Shown in pieces: positions 42,058-49,960 of a stretch of DNA of 64,000 nucleotides. Made by a program: the position numbers and the translations under genes. The stretch is from an uncultured Bacilli bacterium (GTDB lineage: Bacteria; Bacillota_I; Bacilli_A; RFN20; CAG-826). The stretch lies in the NCBI GenBank assembly GCA_944349595.1, contig CALVNF010000003.1, forward strand, positions 19,356 to 83,355. The letters run 5' to 3'. Position 1 is the stretch's first letter, and the number at the start of each line of letters is the position of its first letter. The notes beneath the pieces are model-generated. The model saw only the letters and a list, made by a program, of their open reading frames with translations. It had not been told where the DNA came from and searched no databases.

Positions 42058-42677
42058 TATTTAAGTGCCTCCTCAACTTTTTTAATATCTTCTTTACTAA
42101 TAACTAATTGATTAGCATTTAGTAAATCATAGACTGAAATGTTATTTACACCTCTTAAATTAACATTAGCTAAATTTGAAGCAGCTTTACTAACATTTTC
42201 ATCATCGCTGACAAGTAAAACTTTCTTTTCAGCTTTTAAGTTTTTAAGAATTTGATTTAATTCTTTTGTTTTACCTTCAACTTTTAATTCATCAACAACA
42301 ATTAATCCATCTTTTACTTTAAGAGTTAAAGCGGATTTAAGTGCTAATGCATGAGCTTTTTTATTTTGTGATAATTTGTAAGATTGATTTCCATCTGGTC
42401 CAAGGGCATTTCCTCCACCAACCCAGATTGGAGATCTTGAGGAACCAGCTCTTGCTCTTCCAGTACCTTTTTGTCTCCATGGTTTTTTACCACCACCTGA
42501 AACTTCAGCTCTTGTTTTTGTTTTTGCCGTAGCTTGTCTCATATTTGCTTGATAAACTTGAACGGCATCAAACATAACTTGATTATTTACTTCTACTTGG
42601 AATACACTTGCATCTAAAGCTAATTTATCAAGTGATTCACCACTTGTAGAATAAACATTAACATTAACTTTTTTCAT
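42057..42677 (-). CDS. rplD: 50S ribosomal protein L4
   Basis: 206 aa. Confidence 0.9.
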   Translation of the reverse strand: MKKVNVNVYSTSGESLDKLALDASVFQVEVNNQVMFDAVQVYQANMRQATAKTKTRAEVSGGGKKPWRQKGTGRARAGSSRSPIWVGGGNALGPDGNQSYKLSQNKKAHALALKSALTLKVKDGLIVVDELKVEGKTKELNQILKNLKAEKKVLLVSDDENVSKAASNLANVNLRGVNNISVYDLLNANQLVISKEDIKKVEEALK

Positions 42678-42700
42678 GTTTTATTCTCCTTTCAAATTTA

Positions 42701-43399
42701 TTAAGCTTCTTGCTTAACTTCTTCAGCTTTATTGTTAACTAATTCTTTAACAACTTCTTTTGTACCTTTTTGAGTTTTGATAGCTGATCTAATTTTTACA
42801 AATGATTTTTTAGCACCTGGAAGTCCACCTCTAATTAAGATGTAATTCTTTTCTGCGTTAACATCAACTACTAATAAGTTTTGAAGTGTTGCTGATTTAT
42901 TTCCATGGTGACCAGACATTCTTTTTCCTGGTAAGACTCTGTTGTTACATCTACCATTGTTAGCAAATGAACCAACTTGTCTATGATAACCAGATCCATG
43001 TCCTTTTGGACCAATTGTGAATCCATATCTTTGGATTGCACCGAGGTATCCTCTACCTTTGCTTGTACCAATTACATCAACAACATCACCAGCTTTGAAT
43101 AAGTCAACTTTAACTTCACTACCAACTGTGAATGAATTTAATTCATCGCCTTTAATTTCAAATAAGTGTTGTTTTGGTGAAACATTAGCTTTCTTGAAAA
43201 TACCTTTTTCACATTTATTAAGTCTTGATTCTTTTGCATCTTCTAAACCAACTTGAAGTGCAGAATAACCATCAACATCATTTGTTTTTACTTGAGTAAC
43301 GACGTTAGGTAAAACTTCAACTACTGTAACTGCGTATGATGTTCCATCTTTTGCAAAGACTTGAGTCATACCCATTTTACGACCAATAATTTCCTTCAT
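42701..43399 (-). CDS. rplC: 50S ribosomal protein L3
   Basis: 232 aa. Confidence 0.95.
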   Translation of the reverse strand: MKEIIGRKMGMTQVFAKDGTSYAVTVVEVLPNVVTQVKTNDVDGYSALQVGLEDAKESRLNKCEKGIFKKANVSPKQHLFEIKGDELNSFTVGSEVKVDLFKAGDVVDVIGTSKGRGYLGAIQRYGFTIGPKGHGSGYHRQVGSFANNGRCNNRVLPGKRMSGHHGNKSATLQNLLVVDVNAEKNYILIRGGLPGAKKSFVKIRSAIKTQKGTKEVVKELVNNKAEEVKQEA

Positions 43400-43413
43400 G
43401 CTTTACCTCCTTC

Positions 43414-43728
43414 TTATAATTTAATATCGATATCAACACCACTTGGTAAATCTAATCTTCTTAATAAGTCGATAGTTTGTTTTGTTGGATGAATAATATC
43501 GATTAGTCTTTTATGAGTTCTAATTTCAAATTGTTCACGTGAATCTTTGTATTTGTGAACGGCTCTTAAGATAGTATAGACTTGTCTTTCAGTTGGTAAT
43601 GGGACAGGTCCAATAATATCAGCGCCTGATTTCTTCGCAACATCTATAATTTTTTGAACGCTTGCTTCAAGAATTCTAAAATCATAAGCTTGTAATCTAA
43701 TGCGAATTTTGTTTTCTTGTTTAGCCAT
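43414..43728 (-). CDS. rpsJ: 30S ribosomal protein S10
   Basis: 104 aa. First gene of the S10 operon. Confidence 0.95.
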   Translation of the reverse strand: MAKQENKIRIRLQAYDFRILEASVQKIIDVAKKSGADIIGPVPLPTERQVYTILRAVHKYKDSREQFEIRTHKRLIDIIHPTKQTIDLLRRLDLPSGVDIDIKL

Positions 43729-43864
43729 GAATTTTCCTCCTGTTTTTCTTTAATAGGCTCTTAGTAAATAGCGCTCAACACGAGTTCCCTGACCACCTAT
43801 CATGACAACGCCTATCGGTGTATCAGCAATCTCGCATATCAATACCCTATTCACATGCTTTAAT

Positions 43865-43893
43865 ATAATAGTATATATATAAATATATAGCAA
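43865..43893 (-). promoter_or_regulatory. Sigma-70-like promoter of the S10 operon (-35 TTGCTA, 17-nt spacer, -10 TATTAT) with ~130-nt leader
   Basis: On the minus strand the -35 lies at 43893-43888 and the -10 at 43870-43865. The leader (43729-43860) has noticeably higher GC than its surroundings, which suggests a structured autoregulatory leader. Confidence 0.55.
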
Positions 43894-44011
43894 GAAAAAA
43901 ATGAGCTTTTTTCAAGTTTTTTTTACATTATTACTAAACTTTATAAATTTTTAAACAAAAATATCTAATAAAATAAAGATTTGAAGTGTTTTTTGATTTT
44001 TAAAAACTTTA

Positions 44012-44076
44012 CAAAACCCCAATATTTTATAATTAAATTTTAAAAAAATCCGGCAAAACCTCAATATTTTTATAAT
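44012..44076. repeat. Two imperfect 22-23-nt direct repeats (CAAAACCCCAATATTTTATAAT / CAAAACCTCAATATTTTTATAAT) upstream of the S10 promoter
   Basis: Seen directly at 44012-44033 and 44054-44076. Confidence 0.6.
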
Positions 44077-44130
44077 AGCAAAATAAATTGTCTTTATTTA
44101 ATTTAAAGTAAGTATATTAAAATTATATAA

Positions 44131-44165
44131 ATTGCATTAGCATATCATTTTATTTTTGCAATTTT
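44131..44165. repeat. 35-bp direct repeat, copy B (ATTGCATTAGCATATCATTTTATTTTTGCAATTTT); overlaps the stop codon of the HTH gene
   Basis: 32/35 identical to copy A at 45814-45848. Together they flank the two-gene kinase/HTH module. Confidence 0.75.
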
Positions 44166-44923
44166 TTCTTTTCTCGATAAAATTTATCTATTGAAATATT
44201 TAATAAATTAGCAGCTTCTTTTGATGATATTTCTTTATTTTTAACTCTACTTAATATTTCTAAAAATTTTAATTTATCAATTTTTAGTGGCTTTCTTCCT
44301 TTATATTTATTATTGTTTTTTGCAATCGTTATACCATCAAGTTGTTTTATTTTATTTGCTTCTAGAGATCTAGAATATATATTAATTAAAATATTATAGA
44401 TAAGTTTTCGATTCTCATCATTTATTTCTTCATTATTAATTAAGATATTGTTTCCTTTTGTAATATTATTTAGTATTTTTTTAATATAGCTTGTTGTATT
44501 ATCTTTAGTTACTAAATTATTAATAAGAACTTCTTGTTTTTCTTCATAAGGTATTAAATATAAATAATCTCCAGAATAATATTTATTTGTTTTTATTAAA
44601 TATAATAAAGGATCCATAAATGACATATTAACTTCAGCTAATAATTCATGATAATCTTCTCTATTTTTATTTGGAACCCTTTCTGAAATAAATGTTGGAA
44701 GAACATTATCCCTTATGTATTCTTTTTTATGTAAATCTAAATTTAAACCTGGTATTCCTTGAAAAAAACTTGCAGAAGTTAAACTAATTACCGAATAATT
44801 TGGTTCAAAAACATATTTAAAAGATTCATCATCATTTAAAAAATATGAAATCGTACAAAGTCGATATTCAAAATTGTATTGATCTTTAACGCATATTATT
44901 GCTTTTGAATTATAAGTTTTCAT
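44150..44923 (-). CDS. HipS-like N-terminal domain fused to a C-terminal resolvase-type HTH (candidate antitoxin / regulator of the upstream kinase)
   Basis: 257 aa. C-terminus KGRKPLKIDKLKFLEILSRVKNKEISSKEAANLLNISIDKFYR matches the HTH_7 / resolvase HTH pattern. The N-terminal ~70 aa (..SFKYVFEPNY..SVISLTS..VLP) resemble HipA N-subdomain-1 / HipS; this is from memory and is a hypothesis. Overlaps the kinase gene by 14 nt. Confidence 0.5.
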   Translation of the reverse strand: MKTYNSKAIICVKDQYNFEYRLCTISYFLNDDESFKYVFEPNYSVISLTSASFFQGIPGLNLDLHKKEYIRDNVLPTFISERVPNKNREDYHELLAEVNMSFMDPLLYLIKTNKYYSGDYLYLIPYEEKQEVLINNLVTKDNTTSYIKKILNNITKGNNILINNEEINDENRKLIYNILINIYSRSLEANKIKQLDGITIAKNNNKYKGRKPLKIDKLKFLEILSRVKNKEISSKEAANLLNISIDKFYREKKKLQK

Positions 44924-45785
44924 CTTCTTTTGCCCGTAATTTAATATATGAATATTTTAATATTTTTTCATATCTTTCTTTTAGTATTAATTTATAAAAA
45001 GATTTATGAATTTCGCTAATTAATGGAATTTCATCAATTAATTTATTTATTTTATCTAAATTAATTCTAGGATATATTCTTAGCAAAGCTTCATTAACTT
45101 CTTTAAATTTTAATGAAGAAATAACCTCAAAATATGAACTTTTTTTCCCATTTAGTTTAATTTGTGAGGTTGGAAAATTATAAACTCTTTTGTTTATCTC
45201 TTCTTGATTATTCATTATAAATAGCATTTCATTTTCATCAATTAAATTTGGAAATAGACAAGAGCCATTATCAAATATTGGAGATATTTTATATTTATTA
45301 TTCTTTTTTAAAAAGCCCCAGTTTCCACCATGTCTATCAAAATTACCTAAAAATGCATCAATAATATATACATCAAAAAAAGTAGATATTGTTTCACTTA
45401 CATTTGTTATTTTCTTATTTATTGTTAATAATTTGATAATATCTTTATATGAATATTGATATTTTTCTTTATCTTCATCAATTGTTGATTCTCCAACATC
45501 ATTAAAAGGAACAAAACAATATCCATCACTTGTAAAATCTTTACACGCGACCACTTCTTTATTATCGTATAAGCCTAAGTATGTTTCTTGGCAATTAATT
45601 TTTAATAATTGATAAATATGAGAACCTAAATATTCTGATATATGATTATAACGATAACCAAATGGAGTATTTTTTTGAAATTTAAGCATATAAAAATTAC
45701 CATCTATGATTATTCCTAATTTTCTTTCAGAACCTCCATAGGATTTATTACTTAATTTATAATTATTAAAATTAATTAAAATCAT
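44910..45785 (-). CDS. HipA-family Ser/Thr kinase lacking the N-terminal subdomain (HipT-like), 291 aa
   Basis: Gly-rich loop SYGGSERKLGIIIDGNFYMLKF (compare HipA SLAGAQEK...KF). Catalytic motif IIDAFLGNFDRHGGNWGF (compare HipA VFNVLIGNTDDHLKNFS). Mg-binding ISPIFDNGSCLFP (compare LAPAYDLVS). Confidence 0.6.
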   Translation of the reverse strand: MILINFNNYKLSNKSYGGSERKLGIIIDGNFYMLKFQKNTPFGYRYNHISEYLGSHIYQLLKINCQETYLGLYDNKEVVACKDFTSDGYCFVPFNDVGESTIDEDKEKYQYSYKDIIKLLTINKKITNVSETISTFFDVYIIDAFLGNFDRHGGNWGFLKKNNKYKISPIFDNGSCLFPNLIDENEMLFIMNNQEEINKRVYNFPTSQIKLNGKKSSYFEVISSLKFKEVNEALLRIYPRINLDKINKLIDEIPLISEIHKSFYKLILKERYEKILKYSYIKLRAKEDENL

Positions 45786-45791
45786 GAACTT

Positions 45792-45820
45792 ATTATAATA
45801 AATAAAACTATTTATTGCAA
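45792..45820 (-). promoter_or_regulatory. Near-consensus sigma-70 promoter (TTGCAA, 17-nt spacer, TATAAT) placing the predicted start at or next to the kinase ATG (leaderless or very short leader)
   Basis: The -35 lies inside repeat copy A (45820-45815). The -10 is at 45797-45792, 6 nt upstream of ATG 45785. Confidence 0.5.
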
Positions 45821-45848
45821 TAGCATATCATTTTAATTTTGCAAATTT
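45814..45848. repeat. 35-bp direct repeat, copy A (ATTGCAATAGCATATCATTTTAATTTTGCAAATTT)
   Basis: Sits 29 nt upstream of the kinase gene start and contains the palindrome ATTGCAAT. Confidence 0.75.
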
Positions 45849-45955
45849 AAAGTAAATTAATTAATAAACATTTTATTAATTTATCGTTTAATATTTAAAA
45901 TTTAATAACGATTTAATCATTATAAATAAAACAATATCAATATTAAAAAAATAAT

Positions 45956-46678
45956 TTAATTATTGAAATATTCTTCATCGGATACTTTTTCTAACCATTC
46001 ATTAGATGTATCTTCACCAGGTATTTCAATTGATATATGTGAAAACCAACTATCTTTACTAGCTCCATGCCAATGTTTTACATTGGCTGGAATATAGACA
46101 ACATCTCCAGGCATTAATTTTCTTATATCTTTGCCCTCTTCTTGGTATCTTCCTTCCCCATCAGTACAAAGAAGAATTTGTCCGCCACCTTTTCTTGCTT
46201 TATGGATATGCCAATTATTTCTACATCCTGGTTCAAATGTAACGTTTGCAATAAATATTCCTTCTTTATTTAAAACATTTAAATAAGATTTACCAACAAA
46301 ATATTTAGCGTATTCATTATTTGGATTTCCAAGCCCAAATAATGGATTGTTAGAAGTTTTTTCATCTTGATAAACTTCCCTAACAAGTGGAAATACTGCC
46401 CAAGCATTTGGCCAACCAATATAAAAGGCAATATGAGTTATAATTTCTACCATTTCTATTTTACTAACACCATTATTTTTAGCGTTATTCAAATGATATT
46501 TCAAAGAATTGTCAGTAATTCCTTTACTAATTAACGCAACTACTGTTTTTATGCATCGTTCTTTTAAACTTAATTTATCAACTCTTGACCAAACTTCACC
46601 AAATAAAACATCATCATTTAATTCTGCAAATTTTGGAGCAAGATCACCAAGTTGTTTTCTTCCAGCTGTTTGTTTCAT
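45956..46678 (-). CDS. Carboxymuconolactone decarboxylase (AhpD-like) domain fused to a cupin domain
   Basis: 240 aa. N-terminal CMD-like segment (ERCIKTVVALISKGITDNSLKYHLNNAKNNGVSKIEMVEIITHIAFYIGWP). C-terminal cupin-like segment (WHIH...GDVVYIPANVKHWHG). Confidence 0.6.
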   Translation of the reverse strand: MKQTAGRKQLGDLAPKFAELNDDVLFGEVWSRVDKLSLKERCIKTVVALISKGITDNSLKYHLNNAKNNGVSKIEMVEIITHIAFYIGWPNAWAVFPLVREVYQDEKTSNNPLFGLGNPNNEYAKYFVGKSYLNVLNKEGIFIANVTFEPGCRNNWHIHKARKGGGQILLCTDGEGRYQEEGKDIRKLMPGDVVYIPANVKHWHGASKDSWFSHISIEIPGEDTSNEWLEKVSDEEYFNN

Positions 46679-46688
46679 AAATTCTTCC

Positions 46689-47156
46689 TTATTTATTAAT
46701 TATATTTTTAATTAATTCTTTATTTATTTCATTATTTAATAATAAACCATCTTTAATATTTAAATTTTTATATAAGTTTTTAAGATGATTAACACTACCT
46801 TTAATATTACTTCCTCCGCTTGTTGCAAATGGAATAATAGTTGTTTTACATGATTTAAAATTATCTAAATACGTATCAACAACTCTAGGCTCTACATACC
46901 ACCAAATTGGATATCCAATAAAAACAAAATCATAATCATCTAAATTATGTAATGGTTTTATAATTTCTGGTCTAGCGTTTTCATTTTCCATTTCTAAAGA
47001 TGATCTAGAATTCTTATTATTCCAATTTAAATCATCTTTTGTATATTCACTAACAGGTTTTATTTCTTCTAAATCGCCATTTAATAATTTAGCTAATTTA
47101 GTTGCAGCATTTTTTGTTACACCACTTGCAGAAAAATAACTTACTAATATTTTCAT
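46689..47156 (-). CDS. Flavodoxin-like protein
   Basis: Track ORF starts at TTG 47252. Plausible start is ATG 47156 (MKILVSYFSASGVTKNAATKLA...) preceded by GGAGGT. The flavodoxin-like fold signature SYFSASGVT plus an FMN loop YPIWW is present. Confidence 0.65.
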   Translation of the reverse strand: MKILVSYFSASGVTKNAATKLAKLLNGDLEEIKPVSEYTKDDLNWNNKNSRSSLEMENENARPEIIKPLHNLDDYDFVFIGYPIWWYVEPRVVDTYLDNFKSCKTTIIPFATSGGSNIKGSVNHLKNLYKNLNIKDGLLLNNEINKELIKNIINK

Positions 47157-47340
47157 AATTAAACCTCCGTTAAATTTGTAAAAATTAATCAAAATTTTTA
47201 ATTTAATTAAATCTAACAATTTTATTTTATTCATTAAATGACACTGTGTCAATAATTATATTTAATTTACTTTTACTCATAATTAAAAAATTATTCCTTA
47301 ATAATATAATATTATTGGTTGAACTTTAGATATTAATAAA

Positions 47341-47496
47341 TTACTTTTTAAATACTAATATTGCTTTAGCGGTATTAGTAATTGAAAAAGATACAAATTC
47401 ATATCCTTCAGTTAACATTTCATTAGACTTTTCTTCGATTCTTTTTGCCATTAATTCAGTTTTTGGTGAGTAATCAATTGTTACACATTTATACAT
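47341..47496 (-). CDS. DUF4177-like small protein (51 aa)
   Basis: Unlisted small ORF MYKCVTIDYSPKTELMAKRIEEKSNEMLTEGYEFVSFSITNTAKAILVFKK, with an AAAGGA RBS 13 nt upstream. The pattern (EGYEFVS...ILVFKK) resembles DUF4177. Confidence 0.4.
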   Translation of the reverse strand: MYKCVTIDYSPKTELMAKRIEEKSNEMLTEGYEFVSFSITNTAKAILVFKK

Positions 47497-47928
47497 AAAT
47501 ATAAATTGTTCCTTTCTTTTTTTAATATTATCATTATTTCATTAATCTTAGTTAGAATTTATTAGAAAATATTGACATTATTTTAAAAAAACATTTTTTT
47601 AATCACTTTTTTTATAATATTTTATTCATATACATATTAATATCCAAGAAAAATTAAGTTATACTTTATTTTTCTCGCTTAAGAGATGATTTTTAAATAT
47701 ATAAATTTATTTAAAATTTAAATTGATAATAAAATTTGTATCTGTCATACTTGGAATTATAAATAATTATTTTAAAGTTGTCAGAGCGTTTTGCTTTTGC
47801 TATTTTGTTTAAGTTTTTGTCTGCACTCCCTTTTGTACAAAATTAATCCATGATTGACAGTGTTTGCTACTTAAATGAGACAAATCCATAAAAAAATTGG
47901 GGGTGCTTACAACTAAAGTGATACTCCG

Positions 47929-48801
47929 CTATTCAACTTCTTCATAATAGTAAGAAGTATCAATTCCTTTTATGAATAATTCCCTATTATCGATTTCATC
48001 AGTTAAAGCGTCTTTTAATAACTCTTTAATCTTTACATCAGAATTAGGGCTCGACATCATTGCGTCGAAATAATCTTTTTTGTCAATCTTAGACCAATCG
48101 ATGCATTCTTTAAGTTCTTTAATAAAGATTAAATCGAGCCAAATCCTGGTTGCACGTCCATTTCCTTCCATGAATGGATGAGCAATATTCATCTCTACAT
48201 ACTTTTCCACTATTTCATCAAATGTGGATTGAGGCATTTTATCAATTTGTAATAAGGTTTGGGGTAAGAAATCACCATTAGCAAATATAAATCCACCTTT
48301 AGAGATTGTTTTTGTTCTTATTTTTCCGGCAAAATCATATAATCCTTCAAATATATATGCATGAATCTTTTGAAGAGAAATAGTTTTTCCAACTTCGTCT
48401 TCGCTAATCAAATTTGTTTTATAAAGCTGATGTGCTTTTCTTTTGCTTTGTTCATCAATTGGATCAAGCATACCTGTTATCCAATCTAATACTTGCTTTT
48501 TGTATTTAGATGGAATGATGGTTAAAAGTAATCTAACACCACTCTCATTTATGACATCAGAAACATATTTTTTTCCATCATCTGCATATAATTTCAGTTG
48601 TCCACAAAAAGGAGACAGCTCAGGATTTCTCACCTTAACATTATTCCAATATCTTCTTGGTGAATTCGGTTCAATGAGAATATGAATAAAATCAACCGCA
48701 GAATACCACCACATCGATTGTTCGTTATCCCAAACCGCTCTAACTTCTTTCTTATTAAAATATCTAATTGAGTGTTTTATCATATTAATATGATAACACA
48801 T
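47929..48801 (-). CDS. Fic/Doc-family protein (canonical HPFMEGNGRATR motif) with N-terminal Bro-N/KilA-N-like domain
   Basis: 290 aa. Fic motif HxFx(D/E)GNGRxxR at aa 208-219. The N-terminal ~100 aa (IRYFNKKEVRAVWDNEQSMWWYSAVDFIHILIE) resemble phage anti-repressor-type domains. The C-terminus ...TSYYYEEVE carries an SxxxE-like motif. Confidence 0.75.
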   Translation of the reverse strand: MCYHINMIKHSIRYFNKKEVRAVWDNEQSMWWYSAVDFIHILIEPNSPRRYWNNVKVRNPELSPFCGQLKLYADDGKKYVSDVINESGVRLLLTIIPSKYKKQVLDWITGMLDPIDEQSKRKAHQLYKTNLISEDEVGKTISLQKIHAYIFEGLYDFAGKIRTKTISKGGFIFANGDFLPQTLLQIDKMPQSTFDEIVEKYVEMNIAHPFMEGNGRATRIWLDLIFIKELKECIDWSKIDKKDYFDAMMSSPNSDVKIKELLKDALTDEIDNRELFIKGIDTSYYYEEVE

Positions 48802-48872
48802 TAATATTCAGTTGTCCACAAATTGAAGACAACTCATCTAATTTTGTATTAAAACTTTTTTATATAATAAAA

Positions 48873-48897
48873 GCCGAAATCTTGGTTCAATTTCGGC
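48873..48897 (-). terminator. Intrinsic terminator of tRNA-Leu (GCCGAAAT-N9-ATTTCGGC followed by a U-run on the minus strand)
   Basis: Seen directly, 12 nt downstream of the tRNA 3' end. Confidence 0.6.
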
Positions 48898-48909
48898 ATA
48901 CTATACGAA

Positions 48910-48993
48910 TGGTGCCGGCAACAAGACTCGAACTTGCACGGAAGAACCACTAGATTCTAAGTCTAGCGCGTATACCAATTTCGCCATGCCGGC
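48910..48993 (-). tRNA. tRNA-Leu (anticodon UAG), class II with long variable arm and encoded CCA
   Basis: Minus-strand sequence GCCGGCATGGCGAAATTGGTATACGCGCTAGACTTAGAATCTAGTGGTTCTTCCGTGCAAGTTCGAGTCTTGTTGCCGGCACCA. It has a 7-bp acceptor stem, a 5-bp anticodon stem with loop CTTAGAA, and T-loop TTCGAGT. Confidence 0.85.
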
Positions 48994-49002
48994 AGTAAAA
49001 TA

Positions 49003-49031
49003 ATTATACAAAAATTTACCATTTTTATATA
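49003..49031 (-). promoter_or_regulatory. Putative tRNA-Leu promoter (-10 TATAAT 9 nt upstream of the mature 5' end; weak -35)
   Basis: On the minus strand TATAAT lies at 49008-49003. Confidence 0.35.
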
Positions 49032-49046
49032 ATTATTTTTTATATT

Positions 49047-49607
49047 TTATTTAATTAATTTAGTACCATCTTTAAAAGCATTACCAACTACATCTTTAAC
49101 TAATAAATATTTAGCATTTGCAATATCAAATGATATAGCTTGTAATTTATTTGGATCAATTTTACCATTACTTAAAATTGATTCATCTACATTAGTGTTA
49201 ATTATTTTCCCAAATAATGCACAAGTATTTTCATCATAAGAAATTAATTCACATTCTAATGTTAATGGATATTCTAAAATAATTGGAGCATCTACATATT
49301 TAGATTTTTCTATATGAAAATTAACTTGTTCTACTTTATTTTTAACTTTATTACCACTAACAATACCAAAATAATCAGATTCTGCTAGAGTTTTTAGTGT
49401 ACCAATACTAACTGTAAATGCTTTTCTTTTTAAGATATTTTTAATAGTTTTGTGTTCTTTTGAAAGACACATAAATATCTTATCATCATCGGCAACTCCT
49501 CCCCAGGCAGCATTCATTGCATTAGCGGTATTATCTTCATTAAAAGTAGCAATAATTAATACAGGTTGAGGATATATGTAAGGTTTATTTTTAAAATCTT
49601 TTCTCAT
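49047..49607 (-). CDS. Flavin reductase-like (FMN-binding split-barrel) protein
   Basis: 186 aa. PVLIIATFNEDNTANAMNAAWGGVA is typical of the flavin reductase-like domain. Confidence 0.65.
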   Translation of the reverse strand: MRKDFKNKPYIYPQPVLIIATFNEDNTANAMNAAWGGVADDDKIFMCLSKEHKTIKNILKRKAFTVSIGTLKTLAESDYFGIVSGNKVKNKVEQVNFHIEKSKYVDAPIILEYPLTLECELISYDENTCALFGKIINTNVDESILSNGKIDPNKLQAISFDIANAKYLLVKDVVGNAFKDGTKLIK

Positions 49608-49610
49608 AAA

Positions 49611-49853
49611 TTATTTAACTTCTTTATTATTATTATTATTTTTATCTTTTTTAGAATAAGAATCTTTTAAAAAGAAAGAAACAATACTTCCAATTGCTCC
49701 AATAATTAATAATGCAATTCCAGTATCTCTAATTCCTGATGCGTATCCAGTAGAATTCATTATTGCATTACTTAAAATAGCTGATGAAAGAAGTAATGCA
49801 CCACATCCAATAAGAACTAAACTAAAAATAAATAACATTTTTTTAATTGACAT
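49611..49853 (-). CDS. Small membrane protein (80 aa, two TM segments)
   Basis: Hydrophobic segments LFIFSLVLIGCGALLLSSAIL and IALLIIGAIGSIVSFFL. Adjacent to the flavin reductase gene. Confidence 0.45.
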   Translation of the reverse strand: MSIKKMLFIFSLVLIGCGALLLSSAILSNAIMNSTGYASGIRDTGIALLIIGAIGSIVSFFLKDSYSKKDKNNNNNKEVK

Positions 49854-49960
49854 AATATTACCTCCAATAAATATTATAGCACTTAATAATTAGGTAAATA
49901 TAAATTAAATAATTTAAACAGCAATATAAAAATCGCACAAAAACTTAACTATTTTACTTT

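Noticed and set aside
43740-43860. GGTCAGG-containing GC-rich segment upstream of rpsJ as a possible SRP (4.5S) RNA or tRNA fragment
   Set aside because: Only a heptamer resembles the SRP domain IV motif, and no tRNA cloverleaf can be drawn. It is more simply the S10 operon leader.
48802-48909. Possible integrase attachment site or direct repeat of the tRNA-Leu 3' end marking a mobile island
   Set aside because: No integrase or recombinase catalytic domain is present, and I found no copy of the tRNA 3' segment elsewhere in the window. The hairpin at 48873-48897 is better explained as the tRNA terminator.
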